Of a DNA stretch of 49,782 nt, positions 16,395 to 25,250 are shown in pieces. Position numbers and translations under genes: made by a program. Under the pieces are notes generated by a model. It was not told where the DNA came from. It did no database searches and saw only the letters and a list, made by a program, of their open reading frames with translations. This stretch comes from Rhodospirillaceae bacterium (GTDB lineage: Bacteria > Pseudomonadota > Alphaproteobacteria > MPNO01 > UBA830): NCBI GenBank assembly GCA_038120765.1, contig JAYOMI010000017.1:1-49782 (forward strand), given 5' to 3'. Positions within the stretch are counted from its first letter, which is position 1, and each line of letters begins with the position of its first letter.

Positions 16395-17374
16395 TTGGAG
16401 TGCTCCCGTCGGCTGACGCGAGGCCGCTGAAGCTCGCGGTCTGTGGTTCCGGTCGTTGGGGGCAGGTGATCATGAGAAATATCGCGTCCTCTCCTGATCT
16501 GGCGCTGGCGGCAATTGTCAGTTCCAGATCCACTCTTCCCGGCACTATGTCACTTGGTGCGCCTGTATTCCCGGATTGGCGCGCGGCGCATTCCCGGGTC
16601 GGACTCGACGGAATCGTGCTTGCGCTGCCACCTGATCGTCAGGCCGAAATAGCCTCCGACATTATCGAAGCCGGCATTCCCCTTTTTATGGAGAAGCCGC
16701 TCGCGCTCAGCAATGACGCGGTCCACCGTTTAATTCACGCAGCGGATAGTTTCGGTTTCGTCGGACTGGTCGACCATCTGCATCTGTTCTCGCCGGAATT
16801 CCGGGAACTCGTCCGACAGGTCCGGAGTCGCGGAGACGTGCGCGCCATTACCGCCATATCCGGCAACCGGGGACCCGGCCGGACTTCATGGTCGGTCCTG
16901 TGGGACTGGGCGCCGCACGACGTGGCGATGGTGCTGACCGTTATGGAGGCCGTGCCGGTTTCCGTCTCGGCCGCAATTGTCGAGCGCGCTTCGGACGGGG
17001 CGCAGACATTGGAGAACATTCACCTGAAGCTCGAGTTCGCTGATGGTGCGGTTGCGAATATAACGACCGGCAATGCATTTGACGCACGATGCAGGGAATT
17101 TGTTGTATCCATTGGAGACACAACCCTCACTTATGCCGAAAGCGCAGATAACGAGCGTTCACTGCTCATCATGCAGGGCGATGATGCGCAGCCTGCTTGC
17201 GTCGATTCAATCGCACCGCTGACGGCGGCGCTTGCGGAATTTGCTATACGGATCCGCCGTGGTGCGGGAGGAGATTCTGATTTGGCGCTCGGTGCAGAAG
17301 TGGTAGGAGTTTTAAGTGCCGCAGAGGAATCTATGAGACGTGGTTCAGCGGTTTCTCTGAAGCCTGGTCTATGA
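16391..17374 (+). CDS. Gfo/Idh/MocA family oxidoreductase
   Basis: Contains LKLAVCGSGRWGQVIMRNI (Rossmann) and IEAGIPLFMEKPLA (EKP motif). ATGA overlap with the upstream gene. Confidence 0.7.
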   Translation: MIGVLPSADARPLKLAVCGSGRWGQVIMRNIASSPDLALAAIVSSRSTLPGTMSLGAPVFPDWRAAHSRVGLDGIVLALPPDRQAEIASDIIEAGIPLFMEKPLALSNDAVHRLIHAADSFGFVGLVDHLHLFSPEFRELVRQVRSRGDVRAITAISGNRGPGRTSWSVLWDWAPHDVAMVLTVMEAVPVSVSAAIVERASDGAQTLENIHLKLEFADGAVANITTGNAFDARCREFVVSIGDTTLTYAESADNERSLLIMQGDDAQPACVDSIAPLTAALAEFAIRIRRGAGGDSDLALGAEVVGVLSAAEESMRRGSAVSLKPGL

Positions 17375-18588
17375 ATTCCATCAAATTTCCCGAAAAATCC
17401 GCTCTGTCCCTTGGGATCGCCCCCCCCAGTCTTGTGGGCCTGATCGCATTTCTGACGCCAATCTGTATTTTCTATATTCCTTTGTTTTTGGCGGTTGTCC
17501 TGCCCGTTGCTGCGCTCTTTCTGTTAACGTGCCGTTTTACGGTCACGCTGCCGAGGCTCGAATTCGATCCAATTCCATCCGGTCTTATTCTGGGAATGCT
17601 GTTGATCGTCCTGCTCAGCATCTCCTGGTCCTACGCATCGGACCTGACCCTCGATAGGCTGCCCCGCACGGTAATCGCTGTTATTTCGGGGCTCGTTTTC
17701 ATCACCGCGGTTAAGGGCCTGGATGACAGAACGGCCCGAGTTTTTTCACGATGTTTTCTCGCGAGCATGATGTTGGTGCTGGTGCTCATCATGGTCGAGA
17801 GAGCCTCGGGTGGGATATTCCTCCCACATTCCAGAACAGACGATACGGGGGTGCTCTTTCTGAACCAGTTCAATAGACCGCTTTCGATCATGTCGGTTCT
17901 GATCTGGCCGGTCGTCGTTATTTTGGCGCGCAGGAACTGGAGACTCGCCACTGCAGCGATCGGTCTCTATCTGGCGTGTCTGTACTTCTTTATCAATATT
18001 GCCGCCTTTGCCGCCATAGCTGTCGGCGCGATTATATTTGCTTTCGTGTATGTGTTGCCGAAAACAGCCCCATTGATCGTGGGCGTAATCCTGGCGACGA
18101 TGATCGTGGCGGCACCGACGATCGATCATTATCTCCCCGCGCCCAAAACGCTATTCGAAAAGCTCAACCTTCCGAGATCGACTTATCACCGTTTGTTGAT
18201 ATGGAACTTCACCAGCCAACGGATCGCCGATCGCCCGGTTTTGGGCTGGGGCTTCAATACTTCCCGTAAAATGCCGGGCGGGCAAAATAATCTCGATGTA
18301 AGCGAATCCGCCCTTCCCCTACATCCTCACAATGCCGCCCTGCAGTGGCGGCTCGAGCTCGGAATTCTCGGGGCGTTGTTCGGTGCCGCGATTGTCCTTG
18401 TGTCTACCGAAATGGCGAGGCGATATGCGGCCGGGAGGGTCACCCGGGCGGGGGCTGTTGCGTCGATCGGCGCCACGTTCGTGATCGCGATGATCAGTTT
18501 CGGCGCGTGGCAGACATGGTGGGTATCGGGAATGTTTCTCATCGCCGGCTTCACCATTCTGGTGTGCCGTCGCCGAACGCCGGAATGA
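17371..18588 (+). CDS. O-antigen ligase/polymerase family (Wzy_C-type) membrane protein
   Basis: About 10 TM spans. LPLHPHNAALQWRLELGILG matches the H.HN...Q...E.G..G block of the O-antigen ligase family. ATGA overlap with the upstream gene. Confidence 0.7.
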   Translation: MNSIKFPEKSALSLGIAPPSLVGLIAFLTPICIFYIPLFLAVVLPVAALFLLTCRFTVTLPRLEFDPIPSGLILGMLLIVLLSISWSYASDLTLDRLPRTVIAVISGLVFITAVKGLDDRTARVFSRCFLASMMLVLVLIMVERASGGIFLPHSRTDDTGVLFLNQFNRPLSIMSVLIWPVVVILARRNWRLATAAIGLYLACLYFFINIAAFAAIAVGAIIFAFVYVLPKTAPLIVGVILATMIVAAPTIDHYLPAPKTLFEKLNLPRSTYHRLLIWNFTSQRIADRPVLGWGFNTSRKMPGGQNNLDVSESALPLHPHNAALQWRLELGILGALFGAAIVLVSTEMARRYAAGRVTRAGAVASIGATFVIAMISFGAWQTWWVSGMFLIAGFTILVCRRRTPE

Positions 18589-18619
18589 CGCCGTCAGTGC
18601 GCCGCGGGGCTGTCCGGTC

Positions 18620-19570
18620 ATGAAGGTTGTCGTGACGGGAGCCGGCGGGTTTGTGGGGGAAGCCCTTTGTCGCCGTCTGGCCGCGTCGGGGTGCCGGGTT
18701 ACCGGGATATTCCGGGACCGGCCGCCGTCTCGCCACTGGATGGAGACCCGCGCGACCGGCGATCTGACCCGACTTGCCGATTTCAGGAATATCGTCGAAG
18801 GCATGGACGCCGTGATCCATCTCGCGGCGCGCGTACATATGATGCGGGACACCGCAGCCGACCCGGAGACGGCTTTTCGTACGGCCAATGCAGATGTCAC
18901 GCGGAATCTTGCGCAGGCGGCTGCGGAGGCCGGGATCGCCCGGTTTGTTTTTTTGAGCTCGGTAAAGGTCAACGGCGAGGAAACTGCCGGCATTCCTTTC
19001 TCGGAGCGTGATCCCCCGGCGCCCGAAGATGCCTATGGAAGATCCAAGCGGGACGCCGAAGCGGCCCTGCAGAAAATCGCCGCGACGACGACAATGGCGA
19101 TAACGACCCTGCGCGTCCCGTTAGTATATGGTCCAGCTGTCCGGGCGAATTTTGCCGCCCTGCTGCGTGTCTGTGACACCCCTTTGCCGTTGCCGCTTGA
19201 CGGGATAACCCGGAACCGCCGCAGCCTCCTCTTTCTGGGCAATCTGACCCACGCGATCGAGACCGTGATTAACGCCGCCGCAGACCGGAAGGGCACTTTT
19301 CTGCTGAGCGATGGCGAAGACTTGTCGACGGCCCAGCTGGTCGGCCATTTGCGCCGGTCGCTCAACCGGCATGCGCCGCGCCTGCCCATCCCGGCCCCGC
19401 TGATCATATCGATGGCGCAACTTGCCGATAAGCAGGCGGCCGCCCAAAGACTTTGCGGTTCGCTTCAGGTCGATTCCGCCGCATTCAGGCAGACGTTTGA
19501 CTGGACGCCCCCGTTCGTCCCCGCGCAGGGAATAGCGGCGACGGCGGCGGCGTATCGCGCCAGCCGCTAG
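18620..19570 (+). CDS. NAD-dependent epimerase/dehydratase (SDR) family protein
   Basis: Contains MKVVVTGAGGFVGEALCRRL and the YGRSKRDAE catalytic YxxxK. Confidence 0.8.
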   Translation: MKVVVTGAGGFVGEALCRRLAASGCRVTGIFRDRPPSRHWMETRATGDLTRLADFRNIVEGMDAVIHLAARVHMMRDTAADPETAFRTANADVTRNLAQAAAEAGIARFVFLSSVKVNGEETAGIPFSERDPPAPEDAYGRSKRDAEAALQKIAATTTMAITTLRVPLVYGPAVRANFAALLRVCDTPLPLPLDGITRNRRSLLFLGNLTHAIETVINAAADRKGTFLLSDGEDLSTAQLVGHLRRSLNRHAPRLPIPAPLIISMAQLADKQAAAQRLCGSLQVDSAAFRQTFDWTPPFVPAQGIAATAAAYRASR

Positions 19571-19674
19571 CTCGCCCTCCGTCCTTTTTTCCCGCTTCCT
19601 CATCGTTATTTCCACCGTTTGCGCAGGTGTGCGAGTCGGGCGGCCTGTGGTATCTTTTCCCCGGATTTCAGACG

Positions 19675-21624
19675 ATGCGCCAATTGCCATATTTCAAGAG
19701 TTTCATACTGCGCGGGAAAAGAGCGCGCATAGCCTTCGCCCATGACATAGTCGTGGCGGCGATTTCATTCGTGGCCGCTTTGAATCTGCGTGTCGGTGGC
19801 GACTTTTCCTACTTCGCGACGGATTTCGTCGTCCTCGCGACGGCGATCTATACGGCAATTGCAGCGGCGGTTTTCTGGAGCCTGCGGCTGTATGCCGGTG
19901 TCTGGCGTTATGCGTCGCTAGAGGATCTCGTAGCGATTATCCGCGCGGCAACGATCATCACGCTCGTGTTCCTGGCAGCCATGTTTCTGGTTTCCCGCCT
20001 CGAGTTTATTCCCCGGTCCGCGCTCCCCATCAGTTGGCTTGTCCTTCTTGCCCTTCTTGGCGGGCCCCGCTTTGTCTACCGGTTGTTCAAGGACCGTCGC
20101 GCTAACGACGCGAACGAACGCGACGGCGAGCGACGTATTCCCGTCCTGCTGATCGGCGCTGGCGATTCCGCGGAGTTGTTCATCCGCGCGATCAACCGGG
20201 CGCGCCAGTCGGCGTGGCACGCGGTTGGACTGGTCGATGAAAAGGGCCGGCGGGTCGGTCGCAACATTCACGGTGTGCAGGTCCTGGGCGATATCGACGA
20301 TATCCCGGCGATCGTCGCGCGGATGGATCGCGAAGGCCGCCGCCCGCAACGGCTGATCGTCACCAAATCGCGTATCGAGGGCGATGAAATCAAGAGGCTC
20401 CTCTCTATTTCGGAGGATCTCGGTATCGGGCTTGCCCGCATGCCGCAGCTCGATGACTTTCGCGAGAACATCGACGGCACGCCGGAAATTCGGCCAATCA
20501 ATATTGAAGATCTCCTCGGCCGCCCGCAGGCCTCTCTTGACCGAGACAGCATGGCGGCGCTGATCGGCGGGCGCAGGGTTCTTGTGACCGGTGCGGGCGG
20601 CACCATCGGTTCAGAACTGTGTCGCCAGATCGCCGCTTTCAAACCGGCCGCGATCGCGCTTCTCGACAGTTCCGAATATCAACTCTACTTGATCGATATG
20701 GAGATCGGGGAAAAAGCACCCGATATCCCCCGGCATGCAATTCTCGCTGATGTTCGCGACAAGGACCGGATCGGCCGGATTTTTGGCGCTGAGCAGCCTG
20801 AACTGGTTTTCCATGCGGCCGCGTTGAAGCATGTGCCGATGGTCGAGCTGCACCCCGACGAGGGAGCCTTGACGAATGTAGCCGGCACCCGCGTTGTTGC
20901 CGATGCCTGCCGTGCTCACGGGGTTCGGGCGATGGTGCTGATCTCTACCGACAAGGCTGTAAACCCGTCGAGTATGATGGGGGCAACCAAGCGGGTGGCG
21001 GAAAGCTATTGCCAGGCGCTGGATCTCGCGGAGGCGGCGCGCGGTCCGGACCGGACGCATTTCGTGACCGTCCGGTTCGGGAATGTTCTGGGCTCGACCG
21101 GTTCCGTCGTCCCCCTGTTCCAGCGCCAGCTGGCCGCGGGTGGACCGCTGACGGTCACGCACCCGGATATGACGCGCTATTTCATGACCGTGCGTGAAGC
21201 CGTCGAACTGGTCCTGCAGGCATCCGTTCAGGGTGTCGCCGACAGCACGGAACAGGGCAAGATATTCGTGCTCGACATGGGCGAGCCGGTGAAGATCATC
21301 GACCTCGCGCGACAGATAATTCTGCTCGCCGGGATGCAGCCCGACATCGATATCGATATAAAAATCACCGGACCACGCCCGGGCGAGAAGCTGTTCGAGG
21401 AAATACTGCACGCGTCGGAAGAACTCGTTCCGACCCCGCATCCCGGCATCCTGCTGGCCGCTCCGCGCGCGACCGATCTTGCGCTGCTCGGCCTTGCGAT
21501 CGATGAACTCACCGCGGCGGCCCATGAGGGCCGGGTGCTTGAGACCCGCGCGATCGTCCAGCGGCTTGTGCCGGAATTCATATCGCCCGATGACCAGAAC
21601 CTACAAAAGGCGGTGTCCGGATAA
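19675..21624 (+). CDS. Membrane-anchored polysaccharide biosynthesis protein, WbpM/CapD/PglF-type NDP-sugar 4,6-dehydratase
   Basis: N-terminal TM helices followed by [36 protein letters not shown] and [12 protein letters not shown]. The ATG at 19675 is preferred over the GTG at 19627. Confidence 0.85.
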   Translation: MRQLPYFKSFILRGKRARIAFAHDIVVAAISFVAALNLRVGGDFSYFATDFVVLATAIYTAIAAAVFWSLRLYAGVWRYASLEDLVAIIRAATIITLVFLAAMFLVSRLEFIPRSALPISWLVLLALLGGPRFVYRLFKDRRANDANERDGERRIPVLLIGAGDSAELFIRAINRARQSAWHAVGLVDEKGRRVGRNIHGVQVLGDIDDIPAIVARMDREGRRPQRLIVTKSRIEGDEIKRLLSISEDLGIGLARMPQLDDFRENIDGTPEIRPINIEDLLGRPQASLDRDSMAALIGGRRVLVTGAGGTIGSELCRQIAAFKPAAIALLDSSEYQLYLIDMEIGEKAPDIPRHAILADVRDKDRIGRIFGAEQPELVFHAAALKHVPMVELHPDEGALTNVAGTRVVADACRAHGVRAMVLISTDKAVNPSSMMGATKRVAESYCQALDLAEAARGPDRTHFVTVRFGNVLGSTGSVVPLFQRQLAAGGPLTVTHPDMTRYFMTVREAVELVLQASVQGVADSTEQGKIFVLDMGEPVKIIDLARQIILLAGMQPDIDIDIKITGPRPGEKLFEEILHASEELVPTPHPGILLAAPRATDLALLGLAIDELTAAAHEGRVLETRAIVQRLVPEFISPDDQNLQKAVSG

Positions 21625-21650
21625 ATCGGGCACCCCACGGAGGCTATTCG

Positions 21651-23234
21651 ATGACCGACAATTCCCCCGCTATCCGGCGGGCTCTGATTTCCGTATCCGA
21701 CAAATCCGGCCTGGTGGAGTTCGCCAGCTTTCTCGCCGGACACGGCGTCGAGTTACTGTCTACCGGCGGCACCGCGAAAGCGATGCGCGATGCCGGGCTT
21801 GATGTAAAAGACGTCGCCGACCATACCGGGTTCCCCGAGATGATGGACGGTCGTGTCAAGACACTGCACCCGACCGTCCATGGCGGCATCCTCGCGCGGC
21901 GAAGCGATCCCGGTCATCTCGCGGCGATGGAAGAGCATGACATCGCGCCGATCGATCTGATCGTGGTCAACCTTTATCCGTTCGAAGCGACCGTTGCGGC
22001 GGGCGCCGATTACGAAACCTGCGTCGAAAACATCGATATCGGCGGGCCGGCGATGATCCGCTCCGCGGCCAAGAACCACGAAAGCGTGACGATCGTCACC
22101 GAGGCGGAAGACTACGCGGCGGTGATGGAGGATATGAAAGCCAATTCGGGCGCGACCGGGCTTGATCTCCGCCGGCGGCTAGCCGGGACCGCCTATGCGC
22201 GGACCGCTGCCTACGATGCGGCGATCGGCCGGTGGTTTGCAGAACAGAACAATGATCCATTCCCGCGCCGTTTCTCCCTGTCAGGCACGCGCGCGCAAAG
22301 CCTGCGCTATGGCGAAAACCCGCATCAGAACGCGGCGTTTTACGTCACCGGTGACAAGCGGCCCGGCGTCGCCACGGCGACCCAGGTCCAGGGGAAGGAG
22401 CTCAGTTATAACAATCTGAATGACACGGATGCGGCTTTCGAGCTCGCCGCCGAATTCGCTTCCCCGGCGATGGCCATCATCAAGCATGCCAATCCCTGCG
22501 GCGTTGCGCTGGGAAACACCCTGGCCGAGGCTTATGCCAAGGCATTGAAATGCGATCCCGTCAGTGCTTTCGGCGGGATTATCGCCGTGAACCGTCCGCT
22601 CGACGGGGCCGCCGCGGAAGCGATGAAGGACATCTTCCTCGAAGTCGTCATCGCGCCGGAGATCACGGCGGAAGCAAAGGTAATCTTTGCCACGAAGAAG
22701 AACCTGCGCGTATTGGAGACCGGCGGCATGCCCGACCCCGCGGCGCCGGGCCTGATGACCAAGCTGCTATCCGGCGGTTTCCTGCTGCAGGACCGGGATT
22801 CGGGCCGTATCGGCCGCGACGATCTGAAGATCGTCACCAAGCGTGAACCGACCGAACAGGAAATCAATGACCTGCTTTTCGCTTTCTCGGTCTGCAAGCA
22901 CGTGAAGTCGAACGCAATCGTCTATGCGAAGGATGGTGCCACCGTCGGTATCGGCGCCGGCCAGATGAGCCGGGTCGATTCCTCGCGCATCGCCGCCCGC
23001 AAATCCGAAGATGCGGCCGAGGCGGCGGGCGCACCCGAGCCACTGGTCAAGGGTTCGGTCGTAGCGTCGGATGCGTTTTTCCCGTTCGCCGACGGCCTGC
23101 TCGCCGCCGCGGATGCCGGCGCGACAGCGGTCATCCAGCCGGGCGGATCGATCCGCGACGAAGAAGTCATCGCCGCCGCCGACGATGCCGGTCTCGCCAT
23201 GGTCTTTACCGGCATGCGCCACTTCCGGCACTGA
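21651..23234 (+). CDS. purH: Bifunctional AICAR formyltransferase / IMP cyclohydrolase
   Basis: Contains [43 protein letters not shown] and a C-terminal [18 protein letters not shown] lies upstream. Confidence 0.95.
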   Translation: MTDNSPAIRRALISVSDKSGLVEFASFLAGHGVELLSTGGTAKAMRDAGLDVKDVADHTGFPEMMDGRVKTLHPTVHGGILARRSDPGHLAAMEEHDIAPIDLIVVNLYPFEATVAAGADYETCVENIDIGGPAMIRSAAKNHESVTIVTEAEDYAAVMEDMKANSGATGLDLRRRLAGTAYARTAAYDAAIGRWFAEQNNDPFPRRFSLSGTRAQSLRYGENPHQNAAFYVTGDKRPGVATATQVQGKELSYNNLNDTDAAFELAAEFASPAMAIIKHANPCGVALGNTLAEAYAKALKCDPVSAFGGIIAVNRPLDGAAAEAMKDIFLEVVIAPEITAEAKVIFATKKNLRVLETGGMPDPAAPGLMTKLLSGGFLLQDRDSGRIGRDDLKIVTKREPTEQEINDLLFAFSVCKHVKSNAIVYAKDGATVGIGAGQMSRVDSSRIAARKSEDAAEAAGAPEPLVKGSVVASDAFFPFADGLLAAADAGATAVIQPGGSIRDEEVIAAADDAGLAMVFTGMRHFRH

Positions 23235-23246
23235 CGCGCCCGTCAG
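23231..23246. terminator. Short hairpin spanning both convergent stop codons (purH / MFS)
   Basis: CTGACG-cgcc-CGTCAG: 6-bp stem, 4-nt loop. The purH TGA and the MFS TGA (TCA on +) lie in opposite arms. Confidence 0.25.
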
Positions 23247-24523
23247 GCAGCGGGCTCGCGGACCTTCCACAGGAGGATCAGCAGCCCGATTCCCAGGAAG
23301 ACCACGATGGTCGACATGCCGATGCGCTGGGAATCAAACATCCATGTCAGGGTGCCGAGCACGAAGGGGCCGACATAGGCGGTCGCGCGGCCGGAAAAGG
23401 CGAACAGGCCGAACATTTCGGTTCTGACCGCCGCCGGCGCCAGACGGGCCATCAGCGAGCGGCTCGATGCCTGGGCAGGCCCCATGAACAGGCCGAGCGG
23501 CAGGCCGACGATCCAGAACCACAGCTTTGTCTCGACCAGCAGCAGGGGAATGCCGAAGCAGATCAGGCCGCCAAGCGCCATGAGGATGGTTCTTTTGGAC
23601 CCCAGGTAATCGTCTATCCATCCGAACGATGCCGCGCCGATTCCGGCGGCAACGTTCATGGCGATCGCGAACATGATCACTTCTTCGGTCGACATGCCGA
23701 AGGTACCGCTTGCATAGACGGCGCCGAAGGCGAACATGGTGTTCATGCCGTCGACATAGAACAGCCGCGCGCACAGAAACCAGGCGATATTGCGGTAGCG
23801 CCTGACCTTGCGGATCGTCGCGATGAGGGTGGCGATCCCGTCCCGCGCCGCCACGGATAGCGGGAGATTGCGCGACGGCGTATCAGGTACGTACAGGAAC
23901 AGCGGCAGGCAGAAGACGGCGAACCACGCCCCTACCACCGGCCCGATAATGCGGACATGCTCGGCATATTCCTTGTTCAGCCCAAGGGCCGGCGGGTCCG
24001 CCTGAATGAACACCGTCAGCAACAGCACAAGACAGGCGAGCCCGCCCATATAGCCCAGCCCCCAGCCCCAGCCCGACAACCGGCCGATCTTGTCGTTGGA
24101 CACGATCGTGGGCAGCATGGCGTTATAGAACACCTGTGCGACCTCGAATGAGATATTGGCGATACAGAACACGATCAGCGCATAAAGCGCGAAGGACGGA
24201 TCCGGGTAGGCGAACCAGAGAAGCGCCGCGCCGATCGCGGTCAACGCCGAGAATATTGCCAGCCACGGTTTTCGTCTGCCGGCGGAATCCGCCACAGACC
24301 CGAGCACAGGGCTGAGCAGGGCGATGGCAATCCCTGAAAGCGACAGCGCGTAGGCCCATTGGGTCGTCCCTGTAATCTTGTCGGCCGCCACGCCATCGAC
24401 GAAATAGACCGAAAAAACAAACGTGACGATTACCGTCGGGAACGCGGAATTCGCCCAGTCATAGACGCACCAGGCTATTCTGGCGCGGCGCAGGGTCGGG
24501 GAAGCAGGATCGGGCATGGTCAT
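23243..24523 (-). CDS. MFS transporter, UMF1/Atg22-like family
   Basis: RIAWCVYDWANSAFPTVIVTFVFSVYF is an N-terminal block typical of the UMF1 family. 12 predicted TM-like segments. Confidence 0.75.
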   Translation of the reverse strand: MTMPDPASPTLRRARIAWCVYDWANSAFPTVIVTFVFSVYFVDGVAADKITGTTQWAYALSLSGIAIALLSPVLGSVADSAGRRKPWLAIFSALTAIGAALLWFAYPDPSFALYALIVFCIANISFEVAQVFYNAMLPTIVSNDKIGRLSGWGWGLGYMGGLACLVLLLTVFIQADPPALGLNKEYAEHVRIIGPVVGAWFAVFCLPLFLYVPDTPSRNLPLSVAARDGIATLIATIRKVRRYRNIAWFLCARLFYVDGMNTMFAFGAVYASGTFGMSTEEVIMFAIAMNVAAGIGAASFGWIDDYLGSKRTILMALGGLICFGIPLLLVETKLWFWIVGLPLGLFMGPAQASSRSLMARLAPAAVRTEMFGLFAFSGRATAYVGPFVLGTLTWMFDSQRIGMSTIVVFLGIGLLILLWKVREPAA

Positions 24524-24644
24524 GTCCGCACACTAGCACTCCACGCCGGTTCGCGAACCCCGGTAGTGGACGGGTTCCGCCAGATTCCCGATCGGGCTAT
24601 ATTTGTGATCCGGTCCGTATGCGGCCACCCGGACAAAGAGAAGG

Positions 24645-25202
24645 ATGATTTCCATGAGCTATACATTGCAGGACTTTTGCGCCGAAATTCACCAGATACT
24701 GGTGGAAGAAAACAATCCGGCGGGCCGCGAAAAGGTCCGTGTCAGGATGGAAAAACTTCTCGCAAACGAGACATTCGTGTCGCAGTTCTGCGGTCCGGAG
24801 AAGAAACCCGGCGTCTACAAGCTGAACGAAGACCCGACAACGGGGGCCGTGGTGTTATCGCATGTCATGGGCGAAGGCCATGCGTCGCCGCCGCACGATC
24901 ACGGCAATTCCTGGGCGATTTACGGGCAGGCCATCGGGCATACCGTAATGACGGAATGGGACCGGGTAGACGACGGTTCCGACGATGAGGCGGTCGAGAT
25001 GAAAGAGACCAAGCAATACCGGCTGGATCCGGGTCAGGTGGGTCTGTTCGATGTCGGCGTCATTCATTCGATCGAGTATCCGGATAACGCGCGGTTTGTC
25101 CGCGTCACCGGTGTCGATCTCGATGGCATCGATCGCAAGGCCTATAACCTGAAGCACAGGACCGTCAAAACCATCCGCGCCGAAAGCGCCGACCAGCGCT
25201 AG
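24645..25202 (+). CDS. Cupin-like hypothetical protein
   Basis: HASPPHDHGNSWAIYGQAIG and VIHSIEY give a His-rich cupin-like pattern. The start is probably the ATG at 24654, which follows AAGGA. Confidence 0.45.
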   Translation: MISMSYTLQDFCAEIHQILVEENNPAGREKVRVRMEKLLANETFVSQFCGPEKKPGVYKLNEDPTTGAVVLSHVMGEGHASPPHDHGNSWAIYGQAIGHTVMTEWDRVDDGSDDEAVEMKETKQYRLDPGQVGLFDVGVIHSIEYPDNARFVRVTGVDLDGIDRKAYNLKHRTVKTIRAESADQR

Positions 25203-25223
25203 GATCTTTGCACAGACCCGGGG

Positions 25224-25250
25224 GGGGTAGCGGACGGCGCCGGCTACCCC
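25224..25250. terminator. Hairpin between convergent genes (cupin / gdh)
   Basis: GGGGTAGC-11 nt-GCTACCCC, an 8-bp stem. It overlaps the gdh stop codon. Confidence 0.35.
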
